Part shown: one piece after another, positions 40,639 through 54,737 of the stretch
How the letters are laid out: every line of letters begins with the position of its first letter
Numbering within the stretch: position 1 is the first letter of the stretch
From: the human T2T-CHM13v2.0 reference genome, Homo sapiens
NCBI RefSeq assembly: GCF_009914755.1
Contig: NC_060948.1
Direction: 5' to 3' (one strand)
DNA length: 64,000 nt
Notes under the pieces: model-generated
Told to the model about the DNA's origin: nothing
The model's input: only the letters and a program-made list of their open reading frames with translations
Databases searched by the model: none
Position numbers and translations under genes: made by a program

Positions 40639-43600
40639 CCTGGAATAAAGTGGAATGCTACGGTCTCGAATGGAATAAAAATGTATGGAATGGAATGCAA
40701 TGAAACGGAATCGAATGTCATAGAATGTAATGGAATGCAACAAAATGGAATCCAAAATCATTGACTGGAAAGGCTGGGTGTCGAAAGGAATTGACTCGAA
40801 TGGAATGGAATCGAATGGAATGGAAGTGAATAGAATCGAACTAAATCGAATGGAATGGAATTGATAGGAACGGAATGGAAAGGAATGCAATGATTTGGCA
40901 TGGAATGGAATCGAATGGCATCGAATGGAATGGAATGGAATGCAATGGAATGGAATGTATTAGAATACAATGAACTTTAATGGAATGTACTCGAATGGAT
41001 TCGACTGGAATGGAATGTTCTGGAAGTGAATGGACTCCAATGGAATGGATTCAAAAGGAATGGAATCGTACGGAATGGAATCTAATGGAATGGAATTAAA
41101 TGGAAATGAATCAAATTGAATAGCACGGAATTGAATTGAATGGAATCGAATGAAATGGAATCTAATGAAACGGAAAGGAAAGGAATGGAATGGAATGGAA
41201 TGGGCTGGAATGGAAAGGAATCGAAACGAATGGAATGGAATCGAACTGAAGAGACTGGAATGGAATGCACTGGAATGGAAGGGAGTGTAATGGAAGGTTC
41301 TCGAAAAAAATGGAATCGAATGGAATGGAATTGAATGGAACGGAATAGAGTCGAATGGAATTGAATGGAATGGAATGGACTAGAGTGAAATGGAATCGAA
41401 CCACAAGGAATGGACAGGAAAAGAATGGTCTCGAATTGAATGGAATCGTATGGAATGGCATCAAACGGAATGGAATGGACAGCCACGGAATGGAATGCAC
41501 TCGAATGCAATGGAGTCGAAACTAATGGACTGGAATAGAATGGACTCGACTGGTACGGACTCCAATGGAATGGAATCGAATGGAAGGGAATCGAACGGAA
41601 TGGACTCGAAGGGAAAAGACTGCAATGGAAAGGTCTCGAATGGAATGGAAATTAATGGAATGGAATGGAATCGAATGAAATGGAGTCAAAAGGAATGGAA
41701 TCGAATGGCAAGAAATCGAATGTAATGGAATCGCAAGGAATTGATGTGAACGGAACGGAATGGAATGGAATCCAAAGGAATGGAATAGAATGGAATGGAA
41801 TCGAATGGAAAGGACTCGAATGGAAATCACTCGAATAGAATGCAATTTAATAAAATAGGATCAAATGTAATGGAATGGAATGGAAAGGAATCGAAACGAA
41901 AGGAATGGAGACAGATGGAATGGAATGGAACAGAGAGCAATGGTATAGAATGGAATGGAATCATCTGGAATGGAATTGAATGGAATGGAATAATATGAAA
42001 TGGAATGGAATGGAATGGAATGGAATGCCCTTGAATTAAATGGACTGGACTCGAACAGATTGGAATGGAAAGTGTTGAGATAGAATGGAATGGACTCCTT
42101 TGGAATGGTGTAGTATGCAATGCAATCGACTGGCAGGGAATCAAAAGGAATGTAATCGAATGGATTGGACTGGAATGCAATGGACTCGAATAGATTGGAA
42201 ACGGAATGCAAAGGAATGGAATGGAATAGTATGGAATGGAATGGAAAGGAATGGAGTGGAATAGACTAGAGTGGAATGGAATGGACTGGAAAGCAATGGA
42301 CTGGAATGGAACATTCTTGAATGGACTGGAATCAAACGGAATGGAATGCAATGCAATCAAATGGCATGGAATAAAATAGAATGAAAGAGAATCAAATGGA
42401 ATTGAATCGAATGGAATCGAATGGATTGGAAAGGAATAGAATGGAATGGAATGGAATTGACTCAAATGGAATGGACTAGAATGGAATGGATTCGAATGGA
42501 AGGCAAAGGAATGGAATCTATTGGAATGGACTGTAATGGAATGGAATGGAAAGGATTGGAATGGACTCGAATGGAATGGACTGCAATAGAAAGGATTCGA
42601 ATGGAATGAAAAAGAATTGAATGGAATAGAACAGAATGGAATCAAATCGAATGAAATGGAATGGAATAGAAAGGAATGGAATGAAATGGAATGGAAAGGA
42701 TGCGAATGGAATGTAATCGAATGGAATGGAATCGAACGGAATGGAATAAAATGGAAGAAAACTGGCAAGAAATGGAATCGAAATGAATGGAGTGTTATGG
42801 AACGGACTCAAAAGGAATTGAATGTAATAGAATGGAGTGGAGTGGACTCGAATATAATGGACTGGAATGGAATGAAATCACATGGAATGGGAACGAATGG
42901 AATGGAATGGAAAGGAATGGAATCGAATGGAAAGGAATCGAATGGAAGGGAATGAAACTGAATCAACAGGAATGGAAGGGAATAGAATAGACGGTAATGG
43001 AATGGACTCGAATAGAATGGACACGAATGCTCAAATTGAATGGACTCGAATGGAATGGAAAGGAAAGGAATGTCATCGAATGGAATTGAATCGATTGGAA
43101 TGAAATCGCATAGAATGGAGTGGAATCAAATGGAATTGAATCGAAAGGAAAGGAAGCGAATGGACTGAAATGAAATGGAATGGAATTGAATGGAAAGTAA
43201 TGCAATGGAATAGACTGGAACGAAATTTCACGGAATGGAATCAAACTGAATGGAATCAAATCAATGGAATCAAATCAAATGGAATGTAAAGGAATTGAAT
43301 GGAGTAGATGGGATTGGATGGGATTGGAATGAAATGTACTGGAAAGGACTCGAATTTCATGAAACGGAATGGAATGAATTGGAACGGAATGGACTCGAAT
43401 GGAATGGAATGTCATGGAATGGCATCAAATGGAATGGCATCAAATGGAATGGAATCGAATGCAATGGAATGCTATGGAATGGAATGGAATGCATTGGAAT
43501 GGAATGTCCTCTAATGGAATGGATTCGAGTGGAATGGAATCGAATATAATGGAGTCGAATGAAATGGAATTGAAAGGAATGGGATCGAATACAATGGAAT

Positions 43601-44162
43601 ATACTGGAATGTAACGTAATGAACTCGAATGTAATTGACTGGAATGGAATGTACATGAATGGAATGTAATCGAATGGAAAGTAATCCAATGGAATAGAAT
43701 CTAATGCAATAAAATCGACTCAGATAGAGTAGAATGTAATGGAATGGAGTGCAGTGCAATGGAATGGAATGGAATGGAATGCAATGGAATGGAATGGGAT
43801 GGAATGGTATGGAATGGATAGTAATGGACTGGAGTGAAATGGACTGGAAAGGAATGGACTCAAATTGAAAGGGCTCGAAAGGAATGGAGACAAATGGAAT
43901 GGTCTGGAATGGAATGAACACGAATGTAATGCAATCCAATAGAATGGAATCGAATGGCATGGAATATAAAGAAATGGAATCGAAGAGAATGGAAACAAAT
44001 GGAATGGAATTGAATGGAATGGAATTGAATGGAATGGGAACGAATGGAGTGAAATTGTATGCAGTAGAAGAGAATAGAATGGAATGCAAGCGAAAGGAAA
44101 GGAATGGATTGGAATGGAATGGAATTCATTGGAATGGAAGGGAATGTAGTGTAATGGACAGG
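40639..44162 (-). repeat. DYZ1: DYZ1 monomer, 3524 bp
   Basis: GGCC at 40637 and 44161. Confidence 0.92.
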
Positions 44163-47100
44163 CCTGGAATAAAGTGGAATGCTACGGTCTCGAATGGAAT
44201 AAAAATGTATGGAATGGAATGCAATGAAACGGAATCGAATGTCATAGAATGTAATGGAATGCAAAAAAATGGACTCCAAAATCATTGACTGGAAAGGCTG
44301 GGTGTCGAAAGGAATTGACTCCAATGGAATGGAATCGAATGGAATGGAAGTGAATAGAATCGAACTAAATCGAATGGAATGGAATTGATAGGAACGGAAT
44401 GGAAAGGAATGCAATGATTTGGCATGGAATGGAATCGAATGGCATCGAATGGAATGGAATGGAATGCAATGGAATGGAATGTATTAGAATGTAATGAACT
44501 TTAATGGAATGTACTCGAATGGATTCGACTGGAATGGAATGTTCTGGAAGTGAATGGACTCCAATGGAATGGATTCAAAAGGAATGGAATCGTACGGAAT
44601 GGAATCTAATGGAATGGAATTAAATGGAAATGAATCAAATTGAATAGCACGGAATTGAATTGAATGGAATGGAATGCAATGGAATCTAATGAAACGGAAA
44701 GGAATGGAATGGAATAGAATGGGCTGGAATGGAAAGGAATCCAAACGAATGGAATGGAATCGAACTGAGGAGACTGGAATGGAATGCACTGGAATGGAAG
44801 GGAGTGTAATGGAAGGTTCTCGAAAAAAATGGAATCGAATGGAATGGAATTGAATGGAACGGAATAGAGTCGGATGGAATTGAATGGAATGGAATGGACT
44901 AGAGTGAAATGAAATCGAACCACAAGGAATGGACAGGAATAGAATGGTCTCGAATTGAATGGAATCGTATGGAATGGCATCAAACGGAATGGAATGGACA
45001 GCCACGGAATGGAATGCACTCGAATGCAATGGAGTCGAAACTAATGGACTGGAATAGAATGGACTCGACTGGTACGGACTCCAATGGAATGGAATCGAAT
45101 GGAAGGGAATCGAACGGAATGGACTCGAAGGGAAAAGACTGCAATGGAAAGGTCTCGAATGGAATGGAAATTAATGGAATGGAATGGAATCGAATGAAAT
45201 GGAGTCAAAAGGAATGGAATCGAATGGCAAGAAATCGAATGTAATGGAATCGCAAGGAATTGATGTGAACGGAACGGAATGGAATGGAATCCAAAGGAAT
45301 GGAATAGAATGGAATGGAATCGAATGGAAAGGACTCGAATGGAAATCACTCGAATAGAATGCAATTTAATAAAATAGGATCAAATGTAACAGAATGGAAA
45401 GGAAAGGAATCGAAACGGAAGGAATGGAGACAGTTGGAATGGAATGGAACAGAGAGCAATGGTATAGAATGGAATGGAATCATGTGGAATGGAATTGAAT
45501 GGAATGGAATGATATGAAATGGAATGGAACGGAATGGAATGGAATGCCCTTGAATTAAATGGACTGGACTCGAACAGAGTGGAATGGAAAGTGTTGAGAT
45601 AGAATGGAATGGACTCCTTTGGAATGGTGTAGTATGCAATGCAATCGACTGGCAGGGAATCAAAAGGAATGTAATCGAATGGATTGGACTGGAATGCAAT
45701 GGACTCGAATAGATTGGAAACGGAATGCAAAGGAATGGAATGGAATAGTATGGAATGCAATGGAAGGGAATGGAGTGGAATAGACTAGAGTGGAATGGAA
45801 TGGACTGGAAAGCAATGGACTGGAATGGAACTTTCTTGGATGGACTGGAATCAAACGGAATGGAATGCAATGCAATCAAATGGCATGGAATAAAATAGAA
45901 TGAAAGAGAATCAAATGGAATTGAATCGAATGGAATCGAATGGATTGGAAAGGAATAGAATGGAATGGAATGGAATTGCCTCAAATGGAATGGACTAGAA
46001 TGGAATGGATTCGAATGGAAGGCAAAGGAATGGAATCTATTGGAATGGACTGTAATGGAATGGAATGGAAGGGATTGGAATGGACTCGAATGGAATGGAC
46101 TGCAATAGAAAGGATTCGAATGGAATGAAAAAGAATTGAATGGAATAGAACAGAATGGAATCAAATCGAATGAAATGGAATGGAATAGAAAGGAATGGAA
46201 TGAAATGGAATGGAAAGGATTCGAATGGAATGCAATCGAATGGAATGGAATCGAACGGAATGGAATAAAATGGAAGAAAACTGGCAAGAAATGGAATCGA
46301 AAGGAATGGAGTGTTATGGAACGGACTCAAAAGGAATTGAATGTAATAGAATGGAGTGGAGTGGACTCGAATATAATGGACTGGAATGGAATGAAATCAC
46401 ATAGAATGGGAACGAATGGAATGGAATGGAAAGGAATGGAATCGAATGGAAAGGAATCGAATGGAAGGGAATGAAATTGAATCAACAGGAATGGAAGGGA
46501 ATAGAATAGACTGTAATGGAATGGACTCGAATAGAATGGACACGAATGCTCAAATTAAATGGACTCGAATGGAATGGAAACGAAAGGAATGTCATCGAAT
46601 GGAATTGAATCGATTGGAATGAAATCGCATAGAATGGAGTGGAATCAAATGGAATTGAATCGAAAGGAAAGGAAGCGAATGGACTGAAATGAAATGGAAT
46701 GGAATTGAATGGAAAGTAATGCGATGGAATAGAATGGAACGAAATTTCACGGAATGGAATCAAACTGAATGGAATCAAATCAATGGAATCAAATCAAATG
46801 GAATGGAAAGGAATTGAATGGAGTAGATGGGATTGGATGTGATTGGAATGAAATGTACTGGAAAGGACTCGAATTTCATGAAACGGAATGGAATGAATTG
46901 GAACGGAATGGACTCGAATGGAATGGAATGTCATGGAATGGCATCAAATGGAATGGAATCGAAAGCAATGGAATGCTATGGAATGGAATGGAATGCATTG
47001 GAATGGAATGTCCTCTAATGGAATGGATTCGAGTGGAATGGAATTGAATATAATGGAGTCGAATGAAATGGAATTGAAAGGAATGGGATCGAATACAATG

Positions 47101-47685
47101 GAATATACTGGAATGTAACGTAATGAACTCGAATGTAATTGACTGGAATGGAATGTACATGAATGGAATGTAATCGAATGGAAAGTAATCCAATGGAATA
47201 GAATCTAATGCAATAAAATCGACTCAGATAGAGTAGAATGTAAAGGAATGGAGTGCAGTGCAATGGAATGGAATGGAATGCAATGGAATGCAATGGAATG
47301 GAATGGAATGGAATGGAATGTGATGGAATGGTATGGAATGGATAGTAGTGGACTGGAGTGAAATGGGCTGGAAAGGAATGGACTCAAATTGAAAGGGCTC
47401 GAAAGGAATGGAGACAAATGGAATGGTCTGGAATGGAATGAACACGAATGTAATGCAATCCAATAGAATGGAGTCGAATGGCATGGAATATAAAGAAATG
47501 GAATCGAAGAGAATGGAAACAAATGGAATGGAATTGAATGGAATGGAATTGAATGTAATGGGAACGAATGGAGTGAAATTGTATGCAGTAGAAGAGAATA
47601 GAATGGAATGCAAGGAAAGGAAAGGAATGGATTGGAATGGAATGGAATTCATTGGAATGGAAGGGAATGTAGTGTAATGGACAGG
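44163..47685 (-). repeat. DYZ1: DYZ1 monomer, 3523 bp
   Basis: GGCC at 44161 and 47684. Confidence 0.92.
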
Positions 47686-50600
47686 CCTGGAATAAAGTGG
47701 AATGCTACGGTCTCGAATGGAATAAAAATGTATGGAATGGAATGCAATGAAACAGAATCAAATGTCATAGAATGTAATGGAATGCAAAAAAATGGAATCC
47801 AAAATCATTGACTGGAAAGGCTGGGTGTCGAAAGGAATTGACTCCAATGGAATGGAATCGAATGGAATGGAAGTGAATAGAATCGAACTAAATCGAATGG
47901 AATGGAATTGATAGGAACGGAATGGAAAGGAATGCAATGATTTGGCATGGAATGGAATCGAATGGCATCGAATGGAATGGAATGGAATGCAATGGAATGG
48001 AATGTATTAGAATATAATGAACTTTAATGGAATGTACTCGAATGGATTCGACTGGAATGGAATGTTCTGGAAGTGAATGGACTCCAATGGAATGGATTCC
48101 AAAGGAATGGAATCGTACGGAATGGAATCTAATGGAATGGAATTAAATGGAAATGAATCAAATTGAATAGCACGGAATTGAATTGAATGGAATGGAATGC
48201 AATGGAATCTAATGAAACGGAAAGGAAAGGAATGGAATGGAATGGAATGGGCTGGAATGGAAAGGAATCGAAACGAATGGAATGGAATCGAACTGAAGAG
48301 ACTGGAATGGAATGCACTGGAATGGAAGGGAGTGTAATGGAAGGTTCTCGAAAAAAATGGAATCGAATGGAATGGAATTGAATGGAACGGAATAGAGTCG
48401 AATGGAATTGAATGGAATGGAATGGACTAGAGTGAAATGGAATCGAACCACAAGGAATGGACAGGAAAAGAATGGTCTCGAATTGAATGGAATCGTATGG
48501 AATGGCATCAAACGGAATGGAATGGACAGCCACGGAATGGAATGCACTCGAATGCAATGGAGTCGAAACTAATGGACTGGAATAGAATGGACTCGACTGG
48601 TACGGACTCCAATGGAATGGAATCGAATGGAAGGGAATCGAACGGAATGGACTCGAAGGGAAAAGACTGCAATGGAAAGGTCTCGAATGGAATGGAAATT
48701 AATGGAATGGAATGGAATCGAATGAAATGGAGTCAAAAGGAATGGAATCGAATGGCAAGAAATCGAATGTAATGGAATCGCAAGGAATTGATGTGAACGG
48801 AACGGAATGGAATGGAATCCAAAGGAATGGAATAGAATGGAATGGAATCGAATGGAAAGGACTCGAATGGAAATCACTCGAATAGAATGCAATTTAATAA
48901 AATAGGATCAAATGTAATGGAATGGAATGGAAAGGAATCGAAACGAAAGGAATGGAGACAGATGGAATGGAATGGAACAGAGAGCAATGGTATAGAATGG
49001 AATGGAATCATCTGGAATGGAATTGAATGGAATGGAATAATATGAAATGGAATGGAATGGAATGGAATGGAATGCCCTTGAATTAAATGGACTGGACTCG
49101 AGCAGAGTGGAATGGAAAGTGTTGAGATAGAATGGAATGGACTCCTTTGGAATGGTGTAGTATGCAATGCAATCGACTGGCAGGGAATCAAAAGGAATGT
49201 AATCGAATGGATTGGACTGGAATGCAATGGACTCGAATAGATTGGAAACGGAATGCAAAGGAATGGAATGGAATAGTATGGAATGGAATGGAAAGGAATG
49301 GAGTGGAATAGACTAGAGTGGAATGGAATGGACTGGAAAGCAATGGACTGGAATGGAACATTCTTGAATGGACTGGAATCAAACGGAATGGAATGCAATG
49401 CAATCAAATGGCATGGAATAAAATAGAATGAAAGAGAATCAAATGGAATTGAATCGAATGGAATCGAATGGATTGGAAAGGAATAGAATGGAATGGAATG
49501 GAATTGACTCAAATGGAATGGACTAGAATGGAATGGATTCGAATGGAAGGCAAAGGAATGGAATCTATTGGAATGGACTGTAATGGAATGGAATGGAAAC
49601 GATTGGAATGGACTCGAATGGAATGGACTGCAATAGAAAGGATTCGAATGGAATGAAAAAGAATTGAATGGAATAGAACAGAATGGAATCAAATCGAATG
49701 AAATGGAATGGAATAGAAAGGAATGGAATGAAATGGAATGGAAAGGATTCGAATGGAATGTAATCGAATGGAATGGAATCGAACGGAATGGAATAAAATG
49801 GAAGAAAACTGGCAAGAAATGGAATCGAAATGAATGGAGTGTTATGGAACGGACTCAAAAGGAATTGAATGTAATAGAATGGAGTGGAGTGGACTCGAAT
49901 ATAATGGACTGGAATGGAATGAAATCACATGGAATGGGAACGAATGGAATGGAATGGAAAGGAATGGAATCGAATGGAAAGGAATCGAATGGAAGGGAAT
50001 GAAACTGAATCAACAGGAATGGAAGGGAATAGAATAGACGGTAATGGAATGGACTCGAATAGAATGGACACGAATGCTCAAATTGAATGGACTCGAATGG
50101 AATGGAAACGAAAGGAATGTCATCGAATGGAATTGAATCGATTGGAATGAAATCGCATAGAATGGAGTGGAATCAAATGGAATTGAATCGAAAGGAAAGG
50201 AAGCGAATGGACTGAAATGAAATGGAATGGAATTGAATGGAAAGTAATGCAATGGAATAGACTGGAACGAAATTTCACGGAATGGAATCAAACTGAATGG
50301 AATCAAATCAATGGAATCAAATCAAATGGAATGGAAAGGAATTGAATGGAGTAGATGGGATTGGATGGGATTGGAATGAAATGTACTGGAAAGGACTCGA
50401 ATTTCATGAAACGGAATGGAATGAATTGGAACGGAATGGACTCGAATGGAATGGAATGTCATGGAATGGCATCAAATGGAATGGCATCAAATGGAATGGA
50501 ATCGAATGCAATGGAATGCTATGGAATGGAATGGAATGCATTGGAATGGAATGTCCTCTAATGGAATGGATTCGAGTGGAATGGAATCGAATATAATGGA

Positions 50601-51209
50601 GTCGAATGAAATGGAATTGAAAGGAATGGGATCGAATACAATGGAATATACTGGAATGTAACGTAATGAACTCGAATGTAATTGACTGGAATGGAATGTA
50701 CATGAATGGAATGTAATCGAATGGAAAGTAATCCAATGGAATAGAATCTAATGCAATAAAATCGACTCAGATAGAGTAGAATGTAATGGAATGGAGTGCA
50801 GTGCAATGGAATGGAATGGAATGGAATGCAATGGAATGGAATGGGATGGAATGGTATGGAATGGATAGTAATGGACTGGAGTGAAATGGACTGGAAACGA
50901 ATGGACTCAAATTGAAAGGGCTCGAAAGGAATGGAGACAAATGGAATGGTCTGGAATGGAATGAACACGAATGTAATGCAACCCAATAGAATGGAATCGA
51001 ATGGCATGGAATATAAAGAAATGGAATCGAAGAGAATGGAAACAAATGGAATGGAATTGAATGGAATGGAATTGAATGGAATGGGAACGAATGGAGTGAA
51101 ATTGTATGCAGTAGAAGAGAATAGAATGGAATGCAAGCGAAAGGAAAGGAATGGATTGGAATGGAATGGAATTCATTGGAATGGAAGGGAATGTAGTGTA
51201 ATGGACAGG
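47686..51209 (-). repeat. DYZ1: DYZ1 monomer, 3524 bp
   Basis: GGCC at 47684 and 51208. Confidence 0.92.
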
Positions 51210-54200
51210 CCTGGAATAAAGTGGAATGCTACGGTCTCGAATGGAATAAAAATGTATGGAATGGAATGCAATGAAACGGAATCGAATGTCATAGAATGTA
51301 ATGGAATGCAAAAAAATGGAATCCAAAATCATTGACTGGAAAGGCTGGGTGTCGAAAGGAATTGACTCCAATGGAATGGAATCGAATGGAATGGAAGTGA
51401 ATAGAATCGAACTAAATCGAATGGAATGGAATTGATAGGAACGGAATGGAAAGGAATGCAATCATTTGGCATGGAATGGAATCGAATGGCATCGAATGGA
51501 ATGGAATGGAATGCAATGGAATGGAATGTATTAGAATGTAATGAACTTTAATGGAATGTACTCGAATGGATTCGACTGGAATGGAATGTTCTGGAAGTAA
51601 ATGGACTCCAATGGAATGGATTCAAAAGGAATGGAATAGTACGGAATGGAATCTAATGGAATGGAATTAAATGGAAATGAATCAAATTGAATAGCACGGA
51701 ATTGAATTGAATGGAATGGAATGCAATGGAATCTAATGAAACGGAAAGGAAAGAATGGAATGGAATGGAATGGGCTGGAATGGAAAGGAATCGAAACGAA
51801 TGGAATGGAATCGAACTGAAGAGACTGGAATGGAATGCACTAGAATGGAAGGGAGTGTAATGGAAGGTTTTCGAAAAAAATGGAATCGAATGGAATGCAA
51901 TTGAATGGAACGGAATAGAGTCGAATGCAATTGAATGGAATGGAATGGACTAGAGTGAAATGGAAACGAACCACAAGGAATGGACAGGAATAGAATGGTC
52001 TCGAATTGAATGGAATCGTATGGAATGGCATCAAACGGAATGGAATGGACAGCCACGGAATGGAATGCACTCGAATGCAATGGAGTCGAAACTAATGGAC
52101 TGGAATAGAATGGACTCGACTGGTACGGACTCCAATGGAATGGAATCGAATGGAAGGGAATCGAACGGAATGGACTCGAAGGGAAAAGACAGCAATGGAA
52201 AGGTCTCGAATGGAATGGAAATTAATGGAATGGAATGGAATCGAATGAAATGGAGGCAAAAGGAATGGAATCGAATGGCAAGAAATCGAATGTAATGGAA
52301 TCGCAAGGAATTGATGTGAACGGAACGGAATGGAATGGAATCCAAAGGAATGGAATAGAATGGAATGGAATCGAATGCAAAGGACTCGAATGGAAATCAC
52401 TCGAATAGAATGCAATTTAATAAAATAGGATCAAATGTAATGGAATGGAATGGAAAGGAATCGAAACGAAAGGAATGGAGACAGATGGAATGGAATGGAA
52501 CAGAGAGCAATGGTATAGAATGGAATGGAATCATCTAGAATGTAATTGAATGGAATGGAATAATATGAAATGGAATGGAATGGAATGGAATGCCCTTGAA
52601 TTAAATGGACTGGAATGGAATGGACTCGAACAGAGTGGAATGGAAAGTGTTGAAATAGAATGGAATGGACTCCTCTGGAATGGTGTAGTATGCAATGCAA
52701 TCGACTGGCAGGGAATCAAAAGGAATGTAATCGAATGGATTGGACTGGAATGCAATGGACTCGAATAGATTGGAAACGGAATGCAAAGGAATGGAATGGA
52801 ATAGTATGGAATGGAATGGAAAGGAATGGAGTGGAATAGACTAGAGTGGAATGGAATGGACTCGAAAGCAATGGACTGGAATGGAACTTTCTTGAATGGA
52901 CTGGAACCAAACGGAATGGAATGCAATGCAATCAAATGGCATGGAATAAGATAGAATGAAAGAGAATCAAATGGAATTGAATCGAATGGAATCGAATGGA
53001 TTGGAAAGGAATAGAATGGAATGGAATGGAATTGACTCAAATGGAATGGACTAGAATGGAATGGATTCGAATGGAAGGCAAAGGAATGGAATCTATTGGA
53101 ATGGACTGTAATGGAATGCAATGGAAGGGATTGGAATGGACTCGAATGGAATGGACTGCAATAGAAAGGATTCGAATGGAATGAAAAAGAATTGAATGGA
53201 ATAGAACAGAATGGAATCAAATCGAATGAAATGGAATGGAATAGAAAGGAATGGAATGAAATGGAATGGAAAGGATTCGAATGGAATGGAATCGAACGGA
53301 ATGGAATAAAATGGAAGAAAACTGGCAAGAAATGGAATCGAAATGAATGGAGTGTTATGGAATGGACTCAAAAGGAATTGAATGTAATAGAATGGAGTGG
53401 AGTGGACTCGAATATAATGGATTGGAATGGAATGAAATCACATGGAAAGGGAACGAATGGAATGGAATGGAAAGGAATGGAATTGAATGGAAAGGAATCG
53501 AACGGAAGGGAATGAAATTGAATCAACAGGAATGGAAGGGAATAGAATAGACGGTAATGGAATGGACTCGAATAGAATGGACACGAATGCTCAAATTGAA
53601 TGGACTCGAATGAAATGGATACGAAAGGAATGTCATCGAATGGAATTGAATCGATTGGAATGAAATCGCATAGAATGGAGTGGAATCAAATGGAATTGAA
53701 TCGAAAGGAAAGGAAGCGAATGGACTGAAATGAAATGGAATGGAATTGAATGGAAAGTAATGCAATGGAATAGAATGGAACGAAATTTCACGGTATGGAA
53801 TCAAACTGAATGGAATCAAATCAATGGAATCAAATCAAATGGAATGGAAAGGAATTGAATGGAGTAGATGGGATTGGATGGGATTGGAATGAAATGTACT
53901 GGAAAGGACTCGAATTTCATGAAACGGAATGGAATGAATTGGAACGGAATGGACACGAATGGAATGGAATGTCATGGAATGGCATCAAATGGAATGGCAT
54001 CAAATGGAATGGAATCGAATGCAATGGAATGCTATGGAATGGAATGGAATGCATTGGAATGGAATGTCCTCTAATGGAATGGATTCGAGTGGAATGGAAT
54101 CGAATATAATGGAGTCGAATTAAATGGAATTGAAAGGAATGGGACCGAATACAATGGAATATACTGGAACGTAATGTAATGAACTCGAATGTAATTGACT

Positions 54201-54737
54201 GGAATGGAATGTACATGAATGGAATGTAATCGAATGGAAAGTAATCCAATGGAATAGAATCTAATGCAGTAAAATCGACTCAAATAGAGTAGAATGTAAT
54301 GGAATGGAGTGCAGTGCAATGGAATGGAATGGAATGGAATGCAACGGAATGGAATGGAATGGAATGGAATGGGATGGAATGGCATGGAATGGATAGTAAT
54401 GGATTGGAGTGAAATGGACTGGAAAGGAATGGACTCAAATGGAAAGGGCTCGAAAGGAATGGAGTCAAATGGAATGGTCTGGAATGGAATGAACACGAAT
54501 TTAATGCAATCCAATAGAATGGAGTCGAATGGCATGGAATATAAAGAAATGGAATCGAAGAGAATGGAAACAAATGGAATGGAATTGAATGGAATGGAAT
54601 TGAATGGAATGGGAAGGAATGGAGTGAAATTGTATGCAGTAGAAGAGAATAGAATGGAATGCAAGCGAAAGGAAAGGAATGGATTGGAATGGAATGGAAT
54701 TCATTGGAATGGAAGGGAATGTAGTGTAATGGACAGG
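51210..54737 (-). repeat. DYZ1: DYZ1 monomer, 3528 bp (many private variants)
   Basis: GGCC at 51208 and 54736. Confidence 0.92.
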
